A DNA stretch of 64,000 bases, taken from contig CATNEN010000002.1 in NCBI GenBank assembly GCA_950097015.1, positions 3,720,001 through 3,784,000 of the forward strand, written 5' to 3'. The DNA is from Macrostomum hystrix. Lineage: Eukaryota; Animalia; Platyhelminthes. Made by a program: the position numbers and the translations under genes. The notes below the pieces were generated by a model, which saw only the letters and a list, made by a program, of their open reading frames with translations, searched no databases and was not told the origin of the DNA. Shown piece by piece: positions 14,001 through 25,413 of the stretch (position 1 is the first letter of the stretch; each line of letters starts with the position of its first letter).

Positions 14001-15039
14001 GTGCAAAACTTTCTATAAAACATATAGTACCAATTACTCTGGTATGACGATAACTGTTGCGACAGGTTAGACAACAAGAAATAATTTTGAGATTGAATAA
14101 TGTGAATGAGATGGAAATGTTGTTTACAACAGAGATACGGTTATATACACAGAATGTACATCATTTGAGCGTGTTGTATTACTTTCGATTCTCTAATTAT
14201 CGAAATAACAGCGACATTTTCAAATCTAAATGGGTTTATTTTTGCAATGAACAAAAAAACTTTCCTGAAAATATCTTACAATTTGCGCGCTATTCTACTG
14301 TTTAGAGTAGTAAAACAGAAAATAAAAATTAAATGACAAAAGTCTACTTACACATACATTAGCGTGAATGTATTTATTATTAACACAAACAATTTATAGA
14401 AAAATAACAGACTAATCAGTAGGTGACTTTACTGAGGTTTTTCTTTGGTTAAAGTTTGGCTAGTAAATCGAGAAAAATAAATTAATAAAAGTATTCTACT
14501 TTAACTAGTACAACGCGATAACTTTTACCAATTTGATTTGCAACATTTGAAATAGCGCGCTAGTTACGCGAGTGATGTAAAACAAACAATGGAATAATGA
14601 ATGATATAAAAACTGCGTTTGAAATGAGAAAATAGAGTAAATAAGATCTTTAACCTAGGCTTGTTCTGGCTATAGCTTAGTATACAAACTGGATAGATAA
14701 ATAATATAAGCAAAATAGAGAAGGCACGGGCTAGACTTGTGCTCAAAATTACTGAGAGAACAAATAGGATACTTAATATTTCTTTTATCAGATTACGATT
14801 TTACATTTCTCTATAAAAATTCTAGGATTTTCCTTTTAAATAAAACACAATATTAGCATGTAATATTGACACAATACATATTAAGCTAACTTAAAAAACG
14901 ATTCAAAACTATGAATCAGATACATTATAACTGATTATATATATATAAACTGGTCCTAATATGTTGAATAAATCAACTCTAAGTGCATCATTCATTTTAG
15001 CTTCGTCTATATGCTAGATACAGTTGAATAATATAGATG

Positions 15040-15155
15040 TGCAGCCAGTGTGTACAGCTATTCAGTCCGTGGACACGCGAGGCCGCAACGCTTATCCTGT
15101 CTAGATTGAGATTCGAACTTCCGACCTCTAGATCAGAAGAAAGAAACTCTAAAGA
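15040..15155 (-). mobile_element. SINE family 2, internally deleted remnant
   Basis: CAGCTATTCAGTCCGTGGAC and GAGATTCGAACTTCCGACCT match the family tail and head. Confidence 0.5.
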
Positions 15156-15272
15156 CAGAGCTACAAGATCCCTATTACTTTAGAATATAATTTAGTTTAT
15201 GTTCTAAACTAGAACAAAGACTTTATGGCCAGACAAAGACCCAGCACTCCAAGACAAAAAAAAACAGACTTG

Positions 15273-17411
15273 TCAAATCCGAACACTCCTGACAGCTTCC
15301 AGTTCGTCATCATCATCGTCGTCTTCACCATCGTCGACATCTTCCTCGTCATCGTCTTCCAGAACCGCGGCGTCGTCATCATCGTCGTCGGCATCCCGGT
15401 CGCGATTGTAGGCGGCGACCACGAAGCTGCCGCGGCCGACAACAGCGTCAGCGCCGCCAAGGCCGGCTCCGGGCTGCTGCTGAGCAGCCAGCTGGGCCAC
15501 GTTGAGATCGCAGCAATGGACTGCCGAGCCGCTGTCGGCCAGGTAGACCCGATCCGGCGACACGCCGCACAACGCGTTGACCTTCTCGGAGTGGGCGAAG
15601 GAGCCGCCGGACCAGTCGGAGTCCAGATTCCACAGAAAGCAGTCGGCGTCGTTGCCGCCAGACAGGAGCAGATGGCCGGGCAGGCACAGCAGGGCGCTGA
15701 CAGCGGCAGCGTGGCCATAGAGGCTCTCGGCGTGCTGCAGGTGACGGCCTGACAGAAATTGGTCGATGCTTTTATATAGGCAGAGCGGTTTAACGCGTTC
15801 GCTTCTCGCGCCAAGATTCCTGAGTTCGATTCCTCGGCGAAGCCACATTCATTTGTGGCGCAGCCGCGGAGAAAAGTCTTGGGACTTGTCGTACAAATTA
15901 CGCTCTTGAGAGCCAACCTCCAAGGCACAGTGACACACTGCCTGACGATGAGAAAGTCAGGGCAGATGTACACACCTGTTGTGTGAGCGTGTGCTCAGGA
16001 GCCAGCGGAATGGGCAGAATTGTCCCCTCGCTGGCTGCCAAATTGTGTGCCATTGCCTGCAGCCCTCCTGCTTTGCGGCAGTCATTGTTGAAGAGTCGGG
16101 TAGTGCTGCTGCATCCATCCTGATTTGTCACCGTGTGAATTTTTCTTATTTTCACAGACACAAGATTGCGTGGGTACCGGAATCTGGTACCGTGAGGCCT
16201 TGTGCATTGTTGGCAGAAGTGCATTGACAATGGGGTAGTAAAGCTGTATCTTTCTTGTTCCATCTTCTAATTTTGGTAAGTTTTTCTAACTCGCCTAGCA
16301 AACTCACCACCGGCGCTAAACAGTTCAACGGAGCCGTTCTCCAAGCCGGCTGCGGCGTACAGGCCGTCAGGCGTGGCCGCCAGGCAGTGGATCAGCGGCG
16401 GCGCCGCGGCTGCAGCAGCTCCTCCGCCAGCCGCGGCATCTCCGCAGAGTTCGGCGTCGAGAATCTCGGCGATGTCGAAGATATTCAGCGCGTGGCCGCG
16501 GTGGCCCTTCCAATCGGTGACGACTAGGCGACAGTCCATGCCGCCAGATATGAGCTGTCAATCAGTTACGAAGAAATTTACGACCTCGAGGGTCAACTTT
16601 CAATGCGTAGTGAGAGATGTCAGAGATGAGAGAGTCAGGCCAGATGTACACACCTGTGTGAGTGCGTGCCTGCGTACAGTATGTGTGGTCAGGAGATATT
16701 GAACTGGGCAGAATTGCCTACTCGCTTAACTCCTGCTATTTACTCATTTTTTCCTTTAAGATTTGATTGTCTTTTTCAGTTAAAGCTTTTTTTTACTAAA
16801 GTGAGAAATGGGTAAACGGCGAGAGTAACTATACTTTATTATAGCATGTAAAAACGCATCGTGATCTAATGATCAGCGGTCAACCCCACCTGCCAGTCCT
16901 TGCCGGGCCTGAACAGCACAGCTGATGCAATGCTGTCATGCTTGCGCAGCGCGCGCACCAGCTCCCCAGATTCAGCGTCGAAGACTCGAATCCAGCCGCC
17001 ATCGTCGGCCGTAGCTAGGCGACGCTCGCTAGAACCGGTGGACGCCGTCGGGTTAGTCAGCACAGCCAGGCCGTTGATGTCGTCATCGCGAGCAACCCGG
17101 ACAACCAGCAGCGGCTCATGCGGTCGAATCGCCCGGGTGTCCCAGGCTATCAGGTGGCTGCCCTGAGCGGCGTAGAGTCGGCCCGGCTGCCAGGCTTCGG
17201 CGAAGGCCAACGCCGAGATGGCGCCGACTGAGCTGGCAGAGCCGCCAATGTCAGTCAGGCCGGTGGGGCAGCGCAGGCGAGCCCGGAGGCGGCGCAGCTC
17301 CGGGTCCCACAGGCAGATGTAGCCGTCGTCGCCGCCAGAGGCCAGCTGACGGCCGTCCTCGGTGATGGCCAGGGCGTTGATGGAGGCGGTGTGGCCGTCA
17401 GCAAGGGTCAT
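15273..17411 (-). CDS. WDR53: WD40-repeat protein 53-like, ~414 aa
   Basis: Exons 17411-16890, 16554-16308, 15748-15273 (1245 nt, phases 0 and 1 match). GHTASINALAI...ASGGDDGYICLWD; DDINGL...LATADDGGWIRVFDAESGELVRALRKHDSIASAVLFRPGKDWQ|LISGGMDCRL resembles WDR53 (EEINCL...ASADDSGAIKILD...RSLKRHSNICSSVAFRP...LVSCGLD). Acidic C-terminal tail. Confidence 0.8.
15779..16075 (+). mobile_element. tRNA-derived SINE family 1, near full length, in WDR53 intron 2
   Basis: A-box-like GGCAGAGCGG, B-box-like GAGTTCGATTCC, conserved body GGCGCAGCCGCGGAGA, hairpin CCTGACGATGAGAAAGTCAGG-GCAGATGTACAC and tail TGTGCCATTGCC..CAGCCCTCC shared with other copies. Confidence 0.85.
16590..16730 (+). mobile_element. 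SINE family 1, 3' fragment in WDR53 intron 1
   Basis: GATGAGAGAGTCAGGCCAGATGTACACACCTGTGTGAGTG...GGGCAGAATTG matches the family body. Confidence 0.75.
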
Positions 17412-18104
17412 GATTCAATGCTGTTGTTTTGATTGCTCTAGGGTCCAGTTGGATTCAATGAAGATATGTTATTGTCCAGCTAAGGCAAGTTGGTTGGCTC
17501 TGGCTAAGGCCACAATGCAGCTGGGGAACAGTTGAAGGTCATTGAGTGTCAACCGCGATTGTGTAAATATTAAACTATTTAACTATTTTTTACTTTCTTA
17601 CATGCCACAACATCAGTAAGATTTAGCTTTACACTGAAGCAAAAAATTGCCTGATTTGCAAATTTAGATTTTTAGTGAAAAATCACTCTCAGGAATCACT
17701 TTTATCTTACTATTGATCAAGAAATATTTAATAGGTCCTACCCTATTGTTATCTATATACCCAAAGTTATTAGAATTCAAACAAAACTTTAGAAGTTAGT
17801 GAAACTCTTACAAGTTTAAAATGTCTTTATCATATTGGAATAATCAACTGACTTTTATCACTCAGCTTCAGCTACTTGCTTAGCCAGTAATAAATAACAT
17901 AAATATAGAAAGTAACATGTAAATAAAACTCTATGGTGTTGAATAGCCAGAAATATATGAAACTTGGCAAACTGTGATGATCTATTTTGTTACTCATTGC
18001 ATTGTCAGAATTGTGGTTGTTGCTTTGAAGTTATAACTTATTAATTACAATTAAGGTTATAGCTTAAAAATAGCTAGGACAACTAGACAATAACATTAAA
18101 AATT

Positions 18105-18345
18105 GCAGGAGGGCTGCAGGTAATGGCACATCAATTGGTGACACTAGACATGAAGCCCATAAGGAGGCAATTCTGCCCCTTTCCCTGACTCCTAATCACA
18201 CATGTACATAGATAATGTACATAGGCACTTGCTCACACAGGTATGTACATCTGCCCCAACTTTCTTATTGTTACTGTAAGGCCTACATAGTTTCACTGCA
18301 CCTTGTAGGTTGGCTCTAAAGATATAAATTGTACGCCAAGCCCCA
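18105..18345 (-). mobile_element. SINE family 1, degenerate copy
   Basis: GGAGGGCTGCAGGTAATGGCACA, GGCAATTCTGCCC and GTATGTACATCTGCCCCAACTTTCTTAT are reverse complements of family motifs. Confidence 0.65.
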
Positions 18346-21010
18346 AAACCTCATCTCTATTGGTAAGCATCAAATGAATATAGCCTTGACATAGAATCAA
18401 ACTTAGAGACCATAGGGAAACAGGCAAACAACTTAACCACTCTGCAACTGACCTGCCTGGACAACTGGACAAGATTCACATAGATTTTGCTTGAACTTGA
18501 TAGGCTAGGCCTAGTTTACAAAGTTGATTTTCCTCAGGGAAACAATGTAGGAAATAATGCAGAACATTTGGGAAACATAGGAAAAAGCAACTGGGATAAG
18601 TTTAATACATTTAGTCACTTGTTTTACAAATTAAGCAATGATAAACAATACAACCCCATTATATAAGTTCTATGACTATTAGTGAACTAAAACTTGACTA
18701 TCCTGAGAATTGTTCAGTAATTTATTTTCTCATCTAAATTCGCACGGCAATGTGTCCATAATTCCAAAATTGATGCCTGTTGGCCTGCCACCAATAATAA
18801 AATGATGTGGTGTGGCATGAACTGCAGTTCGAGATAATATGTCAAAGTCTAAAATCACTGCATCAATTCTGTGGAAGGGATCAAACTGCCATTTGAGAAA
18901 ATATGTCTATGGTCAAAATCCAAGGCACAACAGTGTATAACAACTGGATTGAGGCCTGAGGGGACATGGGCGCACTGCAAGGCCCAGTTTCAGTTGATGG
19001 ACTGTTGAAATAGTACCTGAGGGAGTACTTGGGATGGGGACAGTTCCAGCAGAATTCATTTGGCAACTTTCTGTACTGGGTTGTCCACTATTTGGCCTTT
19101 ACTTCACCATTTCTAAATGCCTGAAGTGTGTAAAGAAGGGACTATAAGTCTATAACAAACTAACTTGACATCTAGTTTACATTTGTTTACATTCTACATT
19201 CTAGTTATCATTTAAAATGTTACTTTCTCACCTTGTTCTATACTCGAAGCTAGGCCTAAGAGATGCAAGTTATTCCCGTTGAGAAAATAATTTCATGTAC
19301 AATTCTGCAGGATAGTAGATAGCAATAAAACACATGCTAAATTGAAAAACATATTTAATTTTATCTTATCTGCAGTCAGTATTACTGATAAAACGAAAGT
19401 GAAATGACTTATATCAAGAACTGACTCAAGAAAGTTATATAGTAAAAGAAGATATCTATATATTATAACTATAACTATAACTAATGTTGTACAATGTGTT
19501 TGTGTAAGTGCACGCTGCAGGCTGAACCGATTTTTTTTGGATCTGTTCCCCTAGGTAAGGTAGGTAATCAAAAAAATCCATCAGAGGCTAATTTTTTATT
19601 AATTTGCATGGAATTGAAGTATGCTTTTGAGGTGATAAACAGGTATTTTACCTATCTAATCAATGTATTTTTCTCGCAGTCAGAGCTCAATTCTGAACAT
19701 TTAGTCTATGGTGTATAGTGGCTAAAAAGTTTGGGCTGCGCAGCTAGAATCTAATATAGACTATATAAAATGTAGTCTACTTGGTTGTTCATGCTCATTC
19801 CACTATAATCATTTTGCATGCTGGATAATGGCTTTATGTTGTACAGGTCCTGCAAAGCGGGTACAAAATAGCTAGTAATATAGGAAAGTTAAAACGTTTA
19901 ATGCCTTTCGTAGAAAAAGCTTTTCAAATAACTTGTGACCCAGCTGTTTTTCAAGTGTGCTTTAGGTCGTGATTAACGAGTATGAAAACAGATGTAGAAA
20001 TATAGTGCAGGGCAAATAGGATGTAGGGCAAAATATCGTAATCAAAGCCAGTTTTCGAAATTTTTGTGTACTCTTGCATTTTTTGCACCTATACTTGATT
20101 AGCCGTATTATAAATAAGTGATCGCATGCTTTAATAAGCAACCGATTTATTTAACCCTTTACAAGCTACTACCTTAACTGAAATTTGCTTGCAAATTGTT
20201 TTTCTTTGTGGAAAATAAAGCACTTGGAAATAAAATGTTTTAATTTAGTTTTTGAGTATCTTACTTGCAAATTTAACCGCTATTTTCATGACCGTTGATC
20301 CATGACCGTAAATCCATAATCCAAGATTTGTCATGAACAAAATGACATCAAAGTCAAAGCAGTATGGTATGGTATGGTATGGTAAGAATTTTGCTAAAGC
20401 ATGCTTAGCCATGCAATGTAAGACCATTTAAATCCTTAAGATATTGCAAAAACATATTTATAAAAAACCGCGACAATTCAAGTTAAAAAAGTTGGAGCAT
20501 GAAGTTTAATAGCTACTAATGGATAGACTTTTGTATTAGCCATGACTCATATGGCGAACTATACAACCATTTTAGAAAATTAAATTAAACACAGCGAAAC
20601 GAGATAATGAACCTCAACAAAACCAACGGAAACACCAAAGCGAGGACAAAAGCGAAAATAATGGTTAGAGAATACAGTTTTATCTTTTTGTGTCGCAGTA
20701 TGCAATGTCCAAAAGGCAGCAAATCATACGAGAAGGATGCAGTGTTTCTGGCACTAGGTCATTTCGAAGGCAAAATCGGGCTAGCATACAAATGAAACAA
20801 AAGCACGATCGAGGAAAAACTCAGATTCGTGTATTTCTACTGTCAGTAGTGTAACAGGCGCAGCAGTTTTTAGTTGTAATCGATGTGCAACAGTGAAAAT
20901 TATACAATGGAAAGAACAGCATGAATAATAAAATGAGTAGCTTCGACAACCAATGCAGATATCGCACAAAATAATAAACTTCTACTTATCTATGCACATA
21001 TTGTACAGCT

Positions 21011-23999
21011 CTAAAACCTCGGCTCAATTAGGTACACAGAGCCGCCAGTGGTGCCAACAGCCAGCTGAAGCTCGTGCACCGGAGAGAAGTCCGCGGTGAC
21101 CACACTGCTGTCAGTGCCAACCACGGTAGCTGCGGAATGGCGGGTGGTGGCACAAGTGGACGACAGACAATACAGAAGGATTACTGACAGACAGGATTAT
21201 AAACAGACAGACAGTTCTTGTCTAATAAAGACAGGAACTTGATTAGATAAAAACCCACAATTACAGACTGAGAAACTGACAATAATACACAAAAATACAC
21301 ATTAGAGACAGAAATACATTTTTAGACAGAGTGACAGACAAATAGAGACAGAGACAGACAATTTCAGACACAATAAAAGTGAGACAATTTAATGACAGAG
21401 AGCAAACAATACAGACAGGAATAATTGCAGACAGTCAAAGATAGAAGCCTTAGAGACAATGACAGACAAAGACAGACAATGACAGACAAAGACAGACAAT
21501 GACAGACAAAGGCAGAAAATGACAGACAAAAACAGACAATGACAGACAATGACAGACAAAGAAAGACAATGACATACAAAAACAGACAAAAACAGACAAA
21601 AACAGACAATGACAGACTATGACAGACAAAGAAAGACAATGACATACAAAAACAGACAAAAACAGACAAAAACAGACAATGACAGACTATGACAGACAAA
21701 GAAAGACAATGACATACAAAAACAGACAAAAACAGACAAAAACAGACAATGACAGACTATGACAGACAAAGACAGACAATGACAGACAAAAACAGAAAAT
21801 GACAGACAAAAACAGACAATGACAGACAATGAGAGACTAAAACAGACAATGACAGACAAAGACAGACAAAGACAGACAATGACAGACAAAGACAGACAAA
21901 AACAGACAATGACAGACTATGACAAACAAAGACAGACAATGACAGACAAAAACAGAAAATGACAGACAAAAACAGACAATGACAGACAATGAGAGACAAA
22001 AACAGACAATGACAGACAAAGACAGACAATGACAGACAAAAACAGAAAATGACAGACAAAAACAGACAATGACAGACAAAGACAGACAAAGACAGAAAAT
22101 GACAGACAAAAACAGACAATGACAGACAATGACAGACAATGACAGACAAAGAAAGACAATGACATACAAAGATAGACAAAAACAGACAATGACAGACAAA
22201 GACAGACAAAAACAGACAAAGACAGACAAAGACAGACAATGACAGACAAAAACAGACAATGACAGACAAAAACAGACAATTACAGACAATGACAGACGCA
22301 CCAACAGGCTCGATGGTGTCCCCATCGGTCAGTCGAGTCTCGTCCAGCCAGCCAAGTCGCCTATTGGCGAACAGTCGAACTCCGCGCGCAAATGGTGAGG
22401 CCAGAAATCGGCGGCACCGGCTAAAATTGATCTCCTTAATAATCTGACGCGCCGCGATTGGCTCAGGGAACTGGCCAATCAGAGTGGCCCTGCCGGCACC
22501 AGTTGAATCCTCGTCCAGCCAGTGCAGGTAGGTGCTGGAGCTGACGGGAGGCGGGCCGGCGATGAGCTGGCTGATCAGCCATGGCTGACGCGGGTCGATG
22601 GCGAAGCCGCGGCTGGCGATCAGCCGTCCAGACGGATGTGGGCAGAGCGACGACAGGCAGACCTCCTCGGTGTCTGGCGAGTTGTTGAATCCGTTGAACA
22701 CCAGGCGGGGCAGGTTGCGCTGAAATATTCGACCATTCTGCGAGCCTTCAGCAATGCGACTCGACAAAATCGCTTCTGGCGACGGCTCAGCGGCGTCCAA
22801 GGCTTCGCTCAGCCAGGCGTCGGGCAGGAAGTCGGGCAGATCGGCTGCCAGATGCTCCGGATTGAATCGCTCGACGATGACAAGAAATGATCGATAGGCC
22901 AGCACGAGCTGGGTGGCGGCTGATTCCGGTTTCAGCAGCCGAGCGCGCATCAGCTGACTCGTGGACCAGGCCGGGCTGCTGTCGCTCAGCCGCAGCGTCA
23001 GGGTGTCCCAGAAGCTCAACTGCGAAGCCGGGTTTCAGTGGGCAGATGCGGGTCATGTTTAACGTCTGGTGAAGGCAGATGACAGACCAGAGTGAAGGCA
23101 GGTGACAGACCAGACTGAAGGCAGGTGACAGACCAGAGTGAAGGCAGGTGACAGACCAGACTGAAGGCAGGTGACAGACCAGAGTGAAGGCAGGTGACAG
23201 ACCAGAGTGAAGGCAGGTGACAGACCAGACTGAAGGCAGGTGACAGACCAGAGTGAAGGCAGGTGACAGACCAGACTGAAGGCAGGTGACAGACCAGACT
23301 GAAGGCAGGTGACAGACCAGAGTGAAGGCAGGTGACAGACCAGACTGAAGGCAGATGACAGACCAGACTGAAGGCAGGTGACAGACCAGAGTGAAGACAG
23401 ATGACAGACCAAACTGAAGACAGATGACAGACCAGACTGAAGGCAGATGACAGACCAGACTGAAGGCAGGTGACAGACCAGACTGAAGGCAGATGACAGA
23501 CCACAATGAAGGTGGGGATTCGAACCTGTGACCTGAAGCCGGACACGAGCAGCAGCCGCCTGTCAGGGCAGGTGTCCAGGTTCTTGACGCAGCCGGCTTC
23601 AGTAAGCAGGACAGCCAGCGGGCAGGCGGGCCGACGCAGGTCCCACACTCGGCACTGACCAGAGTCGCAGCCGGTGGCAAAGATGCATTCGCTGCCGCCA
23701 AGAAATGTGGCAACATTGACGCAGTCCGGATGAGCTGATCTGTCCACGAAGACAGGCCGGTTGGACCTGAAGTCAAGGCGGGCCAAGGCGCATTTCTCGT
23801 ACAGTGCTAGGAGGGTGCGGCCGTCAGTTGGATGGTGGAGCACGTTGAACACGCTGCCAAGATCCAGGCCATTGCTTGGCGGGCCGGCTAGTGTTAGTCC
23901 AGCTAGTAGGCTCGACCGCAGCTGCTGCTGCTGCTGATGCTGATGCTGCGATTCGCTACTACGGCATCGCAGGTGAGAGAATACCGACTGCGGCTGGAA
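21011..23999 (-). CDS. DCAF10: DDB1- and CUL4-associated factor 10 (WDR32)-like WD40 protein; no in-frame ATG in its first exon
   Basis: Exons ~23999-23526, 23019-22302, 21129-21011 join in frame. Motifs: [24 protein letters not shown]...[21 protein letters not shown]...[10 protein letters not shown]|[36 protein letters not shown]-terminus [30 protein letters not shown]. These align by eye with DCAF10. Confidence 0.85.
21330..22297. repeat. 10-nt minisatellite filling the last DCAF10 intron
   Basis: Units GACAGACAAT / AACAGACAAA, starting at the donor at 22301. Confidence 0.97.
23070..23500. repeat. 23-nt minisatellite in a DCAF10 intron
   Basis: Unit GGTGACAGACCAGACTGAAGGCA, ~18-19 copies. 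Confidence 0.97.
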
Positions 24000-24084
24000 C
24001 TAATCAGTTGATAAGCAAGGATTTAACCCCACATGGCAACCGGTACAGTTGAGATACATTGATAGATAATAATAATACTAATTG

Positions 24085-24470
24085 AAGGAGGGCTGAGGGC
24101 AATGGCACATCATTTGGAAGCAATTCCAAACATGCCGCTGACTCCTGAGCACTCACTCACACAGGTGTGTACATCTGCCCTGACTTTCTCATCGTCAGGC
24201 AGTGTATACTCCCCTAGAGCTCGATTCCGCGGCGAGGCCACATTCATTCGGGGCGCAGCCGCGGAGAGAAGACTTGGGGGCTTGTCGTGCAATTTAAGCT
24301 CTTGAGGGCCAGCCTCAAAGGCGAGTGTACACTGAGTGTGAGTGTACGCTGTGAGTGTGAGTGTACACATCCTGATGATGAGAAAGTCAGGGCAGATGTA
24401 CACACCTGTGTGAGTGTTTGCCTGCCTACAGTATCTGTGTGCGTGTATGCTCAGGAGTCAGCGAGTCGAT
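24085..24470. mobile_element. Two SINE family 1 copies in inverted orientation (minus ~24085-24325, plus ~24360-24470)
   Basis: CACTCACACAGGTGTGTACATCTGCCCTGACTTTCTCATCGTCAGG (~24153-24199) is the near-perfect reverse complement of CCTGATGATGAGAAAGTCAGGGCAGATGTACACACCTGTGTGAGTG (~24371-24416). Confidence 0.85.
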
Positions 24471-24959
24471 AGACTGGAGGCCACTCTAAGCTTTAAAATT
24501 TAGAGGCTCTAAAAGTATAAAGTGATAAAAAGAAAAAATACTGAAGTTTTTAAAGCAACCGCAAAAACTAGAAAGCAAAACGTGTATTACAGTAGTGAAC
24601 GGATATTACAAGCGACATGAATTATTCTAAATAACACTCACTTCTTAATTTTCTTTTAGGTGGCAACATAGAAACTATAAGCAAACAAGCAAACTGCAAA
24701 TCAGCAAAAATGCACTTTTAACTCTCAAAGAGAACTTTATAAAAGCGTCGGCACTTTCTTTTCAAAGCATTTTTAATTTCAGACCATTATTAAGATTTCT
24801 GTTTTGGCACTGCTAAGATACCATATCCATTAGTTGACAAAACTATCCGTAAGTGTGATAACAGCGCTTGGATTCTAAACGCGATAGTTCCAGAAAAAAA
24901 CTATTAAATAGTTGAAAGGAATACTATTCGAAAAGTTAAAGACAGGATAAGAAAAAAAC

Positions 24960-25335
24960 AGATAGAAAAGAATGAGAGTAGACTAGTAGTAGATAGTAAA
25001 TAAGGAGAGTAGATAGTTGATAAGTAGAGTTGATAGTAGACAAAGAAGTTGATAGTAGATAAAGAAGTAGATAGTAGATAAAGAAGTAGATAGTAGAGTA
25101 GATAGCAGATAGCAGATAAGCAGAGTAGATAGCAGATTAGGAGTGTAGATAGTAGATAAAGAAGTAGATAGTAGATAAAGAAGTATATAGTAGATAAGAA
25201 GAGTAGATAGCAGATTAGGAGTGTAGATAGTAGATAAAGAAGAAGATGGTCGATAGGAAGAGTAGATAGCAGATTAGGAGAGAAGATAGTAGATAGTAGA
25301 TAGGAAGAGTAGATAGCAGATTAGGAGAATAGACT
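24960..25335. repeat. Purine-rich (AGTAGAT)-type degenerate repeat
   Basis: AGTAGATAGTAGATAAAGA and AGTAGATAGCAGATTAGGAG reiterations downstream of the stop of the Gly-rich gene. Confidence 0.9.
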
Positions 25336-25413
25336 TAGAGAAACTGATAAAAAGAAGAAGAAAGCGTTAATTCACGGACTTAAACGAAACGATTGGCCAG
25401 TCAATCAGGCCCC

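Noticed and set aside
15940-15975. CTGACGATGAGAAAGTC in SINE family 1 as a hammerhead ribozyme core (CUGANGA...GAAA...GUC)
   Set aside because: There is no room for stem II or stem III, and stem I is not adjacent. The sequence folds better as a simple hairpin, CCTGAC/GTCAGG.
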